Part shown: positions 195,940 to 207,576 of the stretch, piece after piece
Position numbering within the stretch: position 1 is the stretch's first letter
Layout of the letters: each line of letters starts with the position of its first letter
From: Wallemia ichthyophaga EXF-994
Taxonomy: Eukaryota > Fungi > Basidiomycota
NCBI RefSeq assembly: GCF_000400465.1
Contig: NW_008806280.1
Coordinates: 20,001-268,000 of the forward strand
Direction: 5' to 3'
Length of the DNA: 248,000 nucleotides
Notes under the pieces: model-generated
Told to the model about the DNA's origin: nothing
Seen by the model: only the letters and a program-made list of their open reading frames with translations
Databases searched by the model: none
Position numbers and translations under genes: made by a program

Positions 195940-198387
195940 AATATTACTTAACAGCTGTATCCCTTGGATCCTTAAATACTGGATCTGAGACTCATCTCTG
196001 TATATGATAGGGTGATTTGAATGTTAATTTAATACTATCTAAAGCGTTTTGAAGAAATCTATTGAGCTAAATACGCTCAAGGCACCTTGCAAATGACCAA
196101 GTAAGTGAGAAGTCGAATGCAAATAGGATTACTATGAACGATGTCACGCGCTTCATATATAAATAAACAAATATGTCTAGCTGATGAAGACAAGTAGCAC
196201 CCAATCAGCTCAGAATTTCGGCTGTATAAACGTGATTTACGTTCTCCGACAATTAGCGTCCACAGGATTTCATGCTGGCTCCAAGGAGACTTTATTTTTA
196301 TGACCAGTAGTGCATTTCGAAATTTCAAACAATAGGGTTTGACAGGTATTATAGACTGGATTGGAATCTTAGATGTTATGATTTTAGGAACAAATATTTT
196401 TAGATCTTAAATCACACTCACTGCATTATGTCAAATTTAGCTGGACGAGTGTAGAGCAAATTACTTAAGTTATTCATGATAAGGGCATTTGAATTCTTCT
196501 CACACAGGTACTCTGCACATAATGATATCTAAATCTCCCCACTTTGTACTACCGATGATGCTGTAAAAAATACGTCATTGAGCATGGTATTTTCGACTGT
196601 GAGAGGGGAAGCATGGTAAAAAATAATCCTGAGTGTATTAGAGCTACATTTAAGCTATCTAAGAATCTAATAGCACTCTTCAGCCTTCAAACGACGGTAT
196701 GTCCACGAAAGGAAGACGTGATATTGACGCGCTTAACTATAAGTTCAGCGTTGTAATTTGAAGGCGTACTTTTCTTTCGCTTATCAGTCACCAAAAATGC
196801 TGTCAATAATTCCAAACTCCACCTGTTCTTCCCTCCCTAACTGCCTCAATACCCGTATCTGCTGGTACCACTCCTCAGTAGTCATCGCAACTCAATAAGC
196901 TGAAACAATAATTCCTCAATAATACACTAGGAAAGCTCGCTGTCTTGTTGTATGCAAGATACGCTAGGAATTCAAGTTGCGTGATCCTCTTGTTTAGGCA
197001 GCGCAAGAATATACGTCGTCCAAATTTCAGAGACTAATGATGTCAACTCATCAAACGATACCAAGAGAACATACGATATATATCTTATTCTCTTTCCTTC
197101 TGTCAAAGTGTCATATCGCTGACTTTTCTCGTCAACGCTTTCGGTTGTGTGGTCGGATAGTCACTGGTCGCCGGACATTCATTCTGAATCGATAGTGAGT
197201 CATCGTCGGAAAACTTCATGTTCACTTTATTCCATCTGCTCATTCGCTGTACAAACCGTTCCTCAACCCAGCAGTCGAAAACTTAAAAGAATTGCAGTCT
197301 TGTTAATTACGAGATGCCACGAGCCACGCTAATTTTTAACTGTATCTTAACATCATAACTAATATAATTATAATATCTGACATTGCTTAAGTCACTAGTC
197401 TGAATCTGTTAGGTGACAAACCCAATATTAATCCCAAGCCCTTTTTATCGTCACGCTCTCTCTTCGCCGTCTCGTAAACGTCTTTTACCTTCTCCTCGTA
197501 GCCTTATCGGATAAACCTCCAGGACAGATTTCAAGCAGAACACTTTAAAGGTCACGCTATTTTTATATTACATTCTAATTAATTATTATAATGGATGTTA
197601 AATTTACTGTACAAGTCATTTCTCAAGTACAACTCTGAACCTTAACAGTGCCTTAACAAACTTTGTGATGGAATTAAATTGCTAAGATGAGTTATCGATG
197701 TGAAACAAAAACTTTTATAGAAAAGGGGTAATGGTTGCAATGGCCGGAGTCGTCAAAATCCACGTCATGGCTGTATCTTAATTAACAGAATTACCGAACC
197801 CTGCACGCTTCGAAAAAGAAGAATAAAATTGCTTAAAACGATATGCATTATCAAAATACAAAGATAATTATGCAAATATCAGAATGTAATTGGATCCGCT
197901 AGTCCAAATAATTGCGTAAGGTTAAGACAAATTGAACACAGTCCCAAAAAGGTATCCATTTGTCATTGAGTTTTCTAAGATATCTCTGATTAATACGCAC
198001 TCACTATTTATAATAGCAATTTGGTCACGATTCATAAAAACACTGGCACTGAGGAAAGGATAAGATTGAGGAGAAAAGAAAAGTGAACCAAACAGACAGC
198101 CGTTCAGCCATTTGTATGTTAAAAGTCCAGAAATCATGACATAATATTCTAAATCGCAATATCCTTGAAAAACGATAATGTACATGCTCTAGCTACGATG
198201 AAGAGTAAATAGACGTAAAAAGTAAGCCTGATAATTATTTCTGGGCATTTCCATTGCTGGAAAGCAGGTAACGTCTATGTGTTTATCGAAATCGCATTTA
198301 ACCTCCATTTGACATATGAAATGTTCACATTGATTTGATTCAAAATCATAGAGATCCGTGGGTCTGACAATTTATTCGGTTCACTTG
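195940..198387. repeat. Left arm of a 2,448-bp inverted repeat
   Basis: Reverse complement of 200092-202539; mirrored ORF pairs have coordinate sum 398479. Confidence 0.95.
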
Positions 198388-200091
198388 AATGCTCAATTTT
198401 TATGTTTAAAGCTTCCATTATAATTCAACTTGTGCACTTCAAAAATTGCTTAAATATTCAGTCGAATTGTGGAACAAGCCATGAATGAATAAATTTTACA
198501 CATTAATTCCCAAAAAGGTTGTGAAATTCGATGAGTGACAGATAATTCTGGACATCTGTTTATCGAGAAAAACTGGATCAATCAATTTAAAAATTAAATC
198601 ACCACCCAGTTGAATTAACCGTTACAATATAGAGACATGGCGATCAGTCTTGAGTGATATACAAAGCCTAAATTAGCTTTGAAGAAGTCATATATTTAGA
198701 CAATTTTTGAAGTCAATTTCCAAGACTGCAAAGTTGAAGATTTGTTGATCTAGTACAAAATAGATGTTCTGCAAGAAGCTTCTTTTTCTTGTCAAAGATC
198801 ATTCTAACTGTATGAGCGTGATTAATAATTATGCTTATTGTCAATCTTAGTTAGTACTTTAAACCCGGAAAATTGTCAGTTTGAAGTGACCGTATCTTGA
198901 TTAGATCCGTGTCAGAAGCTCGATTTCGACAAAATAACTTCGAAATCTAACTTGCGCCAAATCATGATAAAAAAAACACATCAATCAATGGCAGATAAAT
199001 TTTTTTAGTCCATATAGATTTCCCTACACATTATATATCACTATAAAACAAAATAGCGCTAGCTTTATTAACCTAAAGTTTTCGATGGCTTATTATATAT
199101 ATTATACAACGATTTACTCTTACAAGTGTCAGTTTTGTGAAGTTTTTTTAAAGTTAGATCAATACTCGTTAGAATAATATTTTAATCGAACATGTTTTAG
199201 TTAGCTTAAGCGTAAGGAGAAGTAACTTCAAGAATAGACACATCAGTAAATGATGACAGCCGATAAAATGAACGAAGCTTGAAAAACTTCAACGTGATAC
199301 TGTTTCATAAGATGGAGAGAATGTGCCGATTAATACCCTATTGGTTTTTCTAACATTTTTTATTGTTACGTTTTTGATCTAATTAATAATATATATCTTT
199401 TAATGGTCGGGTGCAAAATAATCTCTTAAATGAAAGGTCTCCACCTCTATCAATTCATGGCTTCGTCTCAAATTCCATGTTTTATTATCTATGAATATTT
199501 TTCGGAATAAATGCAGTCATTGTTACCTGCATTCTTTAATCTAAATCAATTATTCAGGAAGTTGGAACATCTGTAGTTCTAACATCCGTAAATAAACCCA
199601 TAGTCGTGGCTAGTTTGTGGATGGCATAAAATCTTCGACTAATCCGAAGTACTTAAAAAGCGAAATTGGAAAAAATTTAACATTCACACACAATTTGCTA
199701 AAATGCTAATCATTTTGTCAAATATACTCATTTTGTCCATCCGTTTTATGCAATTATTTGAAGCATGTCCATGTTAAAAATAGTGAGCTGTTGATCGTAA
199801 GTCGATGTTTGGTTATAATCTAGGATGACCTTTTTATAAAACGATGAATGGGCTACAACAAAATAGTATTCTTTTTTAGTTCACAAGTACTACATTGACT
199901 TTCGTAAACATTAGCCTTTGACTTTTTATAACAATTTTTAGCTTCATGATCTTCATAGTGCGCTTTTATTTTCAAATAACATTGTGTTGACATGAACTTG
200001 AGTTAATAATTTCCCCGTGACTCAATCCCTCAGATCTCTTGTTGTGAGATTACACTGTTTCGCTGAGTTTAAAACACATAACATTTTAATC
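198388..200091. other. Unique AT-rich 1,704-bp core between the inverted repeats (candidate centromere core)
   Basis: No ORF of 60 aa or more; two sampled 60-nt lines contain only 15 and 17 G+C. Confidence 0.6.
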
Positions 200092-202539
200092 CAAGTGAAC
200101 CGAATAAATTGTCAGACCCACGGATCTCTATGATTTTGAATCAAATCAATGTGAACATTTCATATGTCAAATGGAGGTTAAATGCGATTTCGATAAACAC
200201 ATAGACGTTACCTGCTTTCCAGCAATGGAAATGCCCAGAAATAATTATCAGGCTTACTTTTTACGTCTATTTACTCTTCATCGTAGCTAGAGCATGTACA
200301 TTATCGTTTTTCAAGGATATTGCGATTTAGAATATTATGTCATGATTTCTGGACTTTTAACATACAAATGGCTGAACGGCTGTCTGTTTGGTTCACTTTT
200401 CTTTTCTCCTCAATCTTATCCTTTCCTCAGTGCCAGTGTTTTTATGAATCGTGACCAAATTGCTATTATAAATAGTGAGTGCGTATTAATCAGAGATATC
200501 TTAGAAAACTCAATGACAAATGGATACCTTTTTGGGACTGTGTTCAATTTGTCTTAACCTTACGCAATTATTTGGACTAGCGGATCCAATTACATTCTGA
200601 TATTTGCATAATTATCTTTGTATTTTGATAATGCATATCGTTTTAAGCAATTTTATTCTTCTTTTTCGAAGCGTGCAGGGTTCGGTAATTCTGTTAATTA
200701 AGATACAGCCATGACGTGGATTTTGACGACTCCGGCCATTGCAACCATTACCCCTTTTCTATAAAAGTTTTTGTTTCACATCGATAACTCATCTTAGCAA
200801 TTTAATTCCATCACAAAGTTTGTTAAGGCACTGTTAAGGTTCAGAGTTGTACTTGAGAAATGACTTGTACAGTAAATTTAACATCCATTATAATAATTAA
200901 TTAGAATGTAATATAAAAATAGCGTGACCTTTAAAGTGTTCTGCTTGAAATCTGTCCTGGAGGTTTATCCGATAAGGCTACGAGGAGAAGGTAAAAGACG
201001 TTTACGAGACGGCGAAGAGAGAGCGTGACGATAAAAAGGGCTTGGGATTAATATTGGGTTTGTCACCTAACAGATTCAGACTAGTGACTTAAGCAATGTC
201101 AGATATTATAATTATATTAGTTATGATGTTAAGATACAGTTAAAAATTAGCGTGGCTCGTGACATCTCGTAATTAACAAGTCTGCAATTCTTTTAAGTTT
201201 TAGACTGCTGGGTTGAGGAACGGTTTGTACAGCGAATGAGCAGATGGAATAAAGTGAACATGAAGTTTTCCGACGATGACTCACTATCGATTCAGAATGA
201301 ATGTCCGGCGACCAGTGACTATCCGACCACACAACCGAAAGCGTTGACGAGAAAAGTCAGCGATATGACACTTTGACAGAAGGAAAGAGAATAAGATATA
201401 TATCGTATGTTCTCTTGGTATCGTTTGATGAGTTGACATCATTAGTCTCTGAAATTTGGACGACGTATATTCTTGCGCTGCCTAAACAAGAGGATCACGC
201501 AACTTGAATTCCTAGCGTATCTTGCATACAACAAGACAGCGAGCTTTCCTAGTGTATTATTGAGGAATTATTGTTTCAGCTTATTGAGTTGCGATGACTA
201601 CTGAGGAGTGGTACCAGCAGATACGGGTATTGAGGCAGTTAGGGAGGGAAGAACAGGTGGAGTTTGGAATTATTGACAGCATTTTTGGTGACTGATAAGC
201701 GAAAGAAAAGTACGCCTTCAAATTACAACGCTGAACTTATAGTTAAGCGCGTCAATATCACGTCTTCCTTTCGTGGACATACCGTCGTTTGAAGGCTGAA
201801 GAGTGCTATTAGATTCTTAGATAGCTTAAATGTAGCTCTAATACACTCAGGATTATTTTTTACCATGCTTCCCCTCTCACAGTCGAAAATACCATGCTCA
201901 ATGACGTATTTTTTACAGCATCATCGGTAGTACAAAGTGGGGAGATTTAGATATCATTATGTGCAGAGTACCTGTGTGAGAAGAATTCAAATGCCCTTAT
202001 CATGAATAACTTAAGTAATTTGCTCTACACTCGTCCAGCTAAATTTGACATAATGCAGTGAGTGTGATTTAAGATCTAAAAATATTTGTTCCTAAAATCA
202101 TAACATCTAAGATTCCAATCCAGTCTATAATACCTGTCAAACCCTATTGTTTGAAATTTCGAAATGCACTACTGGTCATAAAAATAAAGTCTCCTTGGAG
202201 CCAGCATGAAATCCTGTGGACGCTAATTGTCGGAGAACGTAAATCACGTTTATACAGCCGAAATTCTGAGCTGATTGGGTGCTACTTGTCTTCATCAGCT
202301 AGACATATTTGTTTATTTATATATGAAGCGCGTGACATCGTTCATAGTAATCCTATTTGCATTCGACTTCTCACTTACTTGGTCATTTGCAAGGTGCCTT
202401 GAGCGTATTTAGCTCAATAGATTTCTTCAAAACGCTTTAGATAGTATTAAATTAACATTCAAATCACCCTATCATATACAGAGATGAGTCTCAGATCCAG
202501 TATTTAAGGATCCAAGGGATACAACTGTTAAGCAATATT
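200092..202539. repeat. Right arm of the 2,448-bp inverted repeat; outer part carries a decayed-gene relic
   Basis: Near-perfect reverse complement of the left arm with a few substitutions. Confidence 0.95.
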
Positions 202540-202739
202540 GAAACCCTTAGAAGTAATCAATTCGTGCATTTTTCTTCTGTATGCATTACTTGCATTAGTG
202601 AATGTGTGACTCAACCAGGAACGAGAAAGCGAAGGAATGATATATATTACATCAATCCGGTATATACCATTAAGAGACTACATCTATTATAATGTGCAAA
202701 GTATAAAATACAGTTAACTTTCAATCAGACCGAGTCTCT

Positions 202740-205390
202740 CCTTCGATCTCTTGCTAGCGCGATATAGCTCATGAAGAGCTTTCCTAACTCCATTAAAGTC
202801 ACAAGCCTCTATACAGCTGTTGTAAACATTTAGTAAACGCTAGTAGCCTATAAAAATCTAACTCACGACGTATACTTGTCAATGAAAAAGCTCTGATCCG
202901 CCATACCCACATTGACCAGCTTGGATTGCTGAATAATAGCAGGTATGACGTTTTTCATCAGCGCAGCATCGAACTCTGAAAGCTGTCTTAGGAGAGTGAT
203001 AACCGTACTGGTGCAGTCTTCCGGGAAGGTGTTGAGTAAACCTTGTAATAGTACTTTTGTTAAATTGGCGATATTAGTATGATTCGAGAGGGTGTTCTTG
203101 ATTGTATTTTTGTCCACTTCAACGTTGTCACCACTAGTTAAGTATCCAACTAATGATCTTATGAAATCCAATGAGATCAAGATTGTGTCAACACTAAACA
203201 ACGTTAATGCAGTGAGGGATAATTCGAAAATAGGCTGAATCACGCTTCCATTGATAACGAGTGCAGGTCTGAGATCAATGATCTGTAGTAATAAATGCAA
203301 ATAATCTTCAACTAAGTCAGGTATTTTGGTTGCATCAGTTGATTGTAAAATTGAGAATAATTTATTAGATATTTTGTTGAACGATTGACTTATAAGCTGT
203401 TTATCGTTAGCAGCATAGTTAAAAGCCTTGGTCAGCAACCAAATATACACTGATAGAGGATTTAAGTCGAATGAATTGGTCAGTAATTCAATTAACTTTG
203501 GTATAACTGTAACGACAGCCTGCTCATCGAAGAATCTTAATCCCTTTCTAAACAATCCACAGACTCTTTCGATCAAAGTCGCTGATGACCTATTATGATG
203601 GACAATAATACTTGCGAATACGTCATACAACTCATAAAAAGTCACCTGGCATTGGATTGGTAAGGGTGCGATTGGACCTGTGAAGGCAATGTAGCATTCA
203701 ATTTGCTCTATATTGATAATCAAGATCTTGATATCATCATGAGATAAAGTGCTCTTCGTGATAACCCCCTTGACATTATTCAAGTATGGTTGAGTGAACT
203801 TCTGTATGAGAGCCAACTGATCGTTCTTATCGCTGATGGACTCAATGACCAAAGAGATGGATTCGGAGATAGATCTGTGATCATCTTCTTGTAAACCAGA
203901 CTGAATTAGTTGATTGTTGAACTCCAATAGTTGAGGTAAATAAGGTATCAATTGCTTGTTGCAGTCTTCGCATAAGAACTTTAAAGCTTGCGAAGAAGCA
204001 GCAGGGATGTCAACATCCTTACAACTGAGATCGAAACCTGTTGTGATAAACGACATATAGAATGGAATGTGGTCAGGCTTTAAATTGATCCACTCAGTAA
204101 ACCTAGAAGCAACCAATATACCTGCATACTTGATTCTAGGATGTTGAGGAAGGTTTGGCAGCAAATTGAAGATGTTCTCTAAAATTTCATTGTCGCTCTG
204201 GTAATCGACTTTGGAGCCCATAGACCTAATTGAAAAGAGAGGCGCTTCAACTGATTGCCATTCATTTGAATTAATTGCAGTAAGAATCAAGGAATACGAC
204301 CTAGACAAGCAGTAGCTTGATCCTATCACAGTGCAACAATCTTTTAAGGTGTCACCAATGTAATGCCTAAATGATCTGAAGTCATCATACTCTTGAGCAG
204401 TGATAGTGGATTCATCGAGAGGAAATTTTAAATGATTGATGAAAATGTCAAGCAAAGACGAGTAGATTGGTACGAAATGCGGCTTTAAATCACTCTTTAT
204501 GTCCAGAGAATGAGCCAGCTTGTACCAGAAGTTGAAGGTGATCTGGGCTATGTCTAAATCGTGATAGGATGATGATGAAATAATGGCTTGAATGACATGG
204601 CTGAATGACGAAGGTGATGATAACATGAGCGGCAAGTAAGTTTCACCGACTTGGCAGTACAGTCTGGTGAAAAGTCTAACAGCGTCGTTATCTTCTTGGT
204701 CAATGTTGAGTGGCTTTGATAACTCTAATAAGATGACAGTGATTAGCTCGTTATTATCTTGTAGCTCTTGAGACTCATTGATAAGGACTATAAGAGTTTC
204801 AATACCAGACTCGACCAAACTTTCGTCTTGAAGTGAGTTTAAAAGGGAGGACAAAATGTTGGAATTAAGCAAAGAAGATGGAAAAATTTCGCCAGAGACT
204901 AGCCAAGATTTCAAGCAATTAAAGACTAAAGCATTGTCTGTGTTGCTATTGGCAATATACGAGTCCAAAAGCTGTAAGACTTTATTGGAGTTGTTGGTAA
205001 GGAGAGTGGATGAACGGTGAGAGAGCTGGTCGTAAGAAAGCTGAATTCTTTGATTATTGACTTCTTCAGGTAAAATGGTCAAAAAGTCAAGTAGAATGTC
205101 ATTATTTGCCGAGTAGAAGGACTCAACGTAATCAGTCACGGGATCTGACCAATCAAAGTACTGAATGGCCAAATCAGCTAACGATAAATTCAAATAAGTC
205201 TTCAAAACGCGTGGATGATTAGATTTAACTAAAGAGGAAAGCAAAGTGTCTTTAAGTGAGGATAGTGATTGATATGGCAACTGGTCGAAATCGTAGATAA
205301 TTTTTGATCTAAACGTCTGCACTGCGAATAGTTTTAATTCCAAAGGTAAATTATCCTCGACTAAGAGGTCGTTGGATATTTGCCATGCAT
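202740..205390 (-). CDS. MTR10: Transportin-SR importin
   Basis: LFAVQTFRSK, LTILPEE, FNFWYKL, WQSVEAPLFSIR. Confidence 0.85.
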
Positions 205391-205558
205391 CTTGCTACGC
205401 GAGTGGTTAGAAACGCAGGCCAAGCACGTGTAACTCACAGTCTGTTGAAACGATTGCAGATATTCATTGGCTAGTGATTTTTTGCTGTTATCTGCATCAT
205501 AGTATAAAATATTCAACGCCTCTATAACTTGAGCCATCACAAACGAGAAACAAGAATA

Positions 205559-206059
205559 ATGTCAAATATCAAGTTAGACGATATTCAATTTAAAAGATTT
205601 AACAAGCCATTGCCACCGAGATCTTCTCCTTTTAAATCTTTATCCTTACTTCTTGGCCTTTCTCTTTCATCGTGGGCCGTCTTCCTCACTTATTCAAACA
205701 ACGCCGAGAGGCTTTCTTCTTCCGTGGTGAAAGAGCTCATTAGGCAGAGCAAATTTCATCCTCTCACCAGAGATGTACTCGGTGCACCGATAAGACCCGC
205801 TTCAGATAACTGGTTTCTGTTGGGTGGTCTCTTAGGATCAACTTGGGTTAACGGCTCAGTTTCAATGATGCAAGGCAAGGTAGATATTAGTTTGAGGCTT
205901 AAAGGGTCTTTAGATTCAGGTACCGTGTACTTTACTTCAATTAGGAACTCAAATAAAGACAAGTTCAACATTCTGAGATACAAGTTGATCGACGATAACG
206001 GTACTCATCATAATCTATTGAATCAATCATCGATACAAGACTTTGAAAGCATTGAATAG
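205559..206059 (+). CDS. COA1: Cytochrome oxidase assembly factor Coa1
   Basis: NAERLSSSVV; GSVSMMQGKVDI; GTVYFTSIR. Confidence 0.8.
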   Translation: MSNIKLDDIQFKRFNKPLPPRSSPFKSLSLLLGLSLSSWAVFLTYSNNAERLSSSVVKELIRQSKFHPLTRDVLGAPIRPASDNWFLLGGLLGSTWVNGSVSMMQGKVDISLRLKGSLDSGTVYFTSIRNSNKDKFNILRYKLIDDNGTHHNLLNQSSIQDFESIE

Positions 206060-206063
206060 CTTT

Positions 206064-207200
206064 TTACTTGGCATTTACATACCCCAACTCATTCAATCCC
206101 TCTTTCACCACTTGTAACACTCTGTCCACATCTTGTCTCTTCTCATTCACTACACTTTCACCCATGTGTCCCACTCTCATGTATTGATCCTTGCAATCCT
206201 TATGCAATCCACCTGCAGCGACGACACCTCTCTTAACAATACACTTGAGTAAGTCTGCACCTTTTACACCGCTTGGATAGACAATAGTTGTCATTCCATT
206301 GGCTTGATATCCCTCATCACAGGCAAGCTGTTTCAATCCCCAGCTGTGGATAACTTTCTTGAAATTGTTTGAAACTTCCTTGTGCTTTCTGAAGCGATGT
206401 TCCAAGCTACAATGGCTATTCTCAACTATAGCCTTGAGTGTTGTGTTAAGTGCATATATCAGTTGTACTGGTGGTGTAGCAAAGTAGGCTGGTTGATTAC
206501 TCTCGTATGCTCTCATTACGGGCAGCCAGCGAGACCAGTTAGCATAGTAGCTTGATGCTGGTGATTTTCTAGATTGCTGTACTTTAATAGCTCTTTCAGA
206601 CGCCCAAACTAGCGATAAACCAGGTGGAGCACCGATTCCTTTCTGAGATGCGCTGACAATTACCTGTGCATTAACGTTAGAAGCAGGCCATATGTTAGCT
206701 TTCACCCACATCGATGCTCCAGTCATCGAATCTGATCAACTCCGATCCAACGCTACACACACCATCGAGTACAACTAAACAGTGAGGTTGCAATTGTTTG
206801 ACGACCTTTGCAACTGTTTCAATATCACTCAAAACACCAGTAGAAGTGTCTACGTGAGTTAAAGTGACTAACTTGTATTGCTTTTGCTTTAAAGTGTCTT
206901 GCAATTGATCAATCGAGACGGATCTACCGATTTGGCACTTTAGATGATCAACGTTGCCACCATAGACACTGAGGCAATTCCCAAACTCATCGCCAAAGTA
207001 GCCTGTGTTGATGACTAAGGCGTTATCGCCTGACTCTATAAGATTGCTGCCAACTTGATCCCAACCTAGTGTACCGCTGCCGGAGACGATAAATGGCTGG
207101 GCTGAGTCGCTGTAGACCAAGCTCCTGAGCATCTTGATACAGTGCCCAAACACAGGTATAAAGTTGGGTGACACGTGGGATACTGAGGGATGGGCATTTG
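206064..207200 (-). CDS. AGX1: Alanine-glyoxylate aminotransferase (class V)
   Basis: GSGTLGWD, THVDTSTGV, SASQKGIGAPPG, YFATPP. Confidence 0.9.
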
Positions 207201-207576
207201 CGTAAAGTACCTTAGATTATTAGGATTAGATTAATGTACTTGATGGGCTAGCAGAATAACAGCGCAACCCACTTCATCGGAAACTTCTATTGGTCCTCTA
207301 CATCAAGTCAGCCAACACAGGCAATGCACGTGTCACCTACGGTATAACCAGCAGCGAGTGGTCCTCTTGCTTAAACATTGGTGTAATTATATGTTGACTG
207401 ATTTGGTTCAACCGCTCCACTGCGTGCCCCGTCATTCTATACTATCTCCGTTTTCCTGTCACACGCCGATAAACGGGACTCCTTCGCGACACCGTGCAAA
207501 TGTCATTAAAAATTAAATAATTTACTCAAATCTGTACAGATGCAGTTTGCTATCCAATTTTATTCAATCGATACCT

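Noticed and set aside
196077-202402. Six short mirrored ORFs in the repeat arms as real genes
   Set aside because: Short, no recognisable family, and they appear twice only because of the inverted duplication.
195940-202539. Inverted repeat as a DNA transposon or foldback element with long TIRs
   Set aside because: No transposase ORF in the spacer or arms, and no target-site duplication visible at the outer ends (..GAGCTTG versus GAAACCC..).
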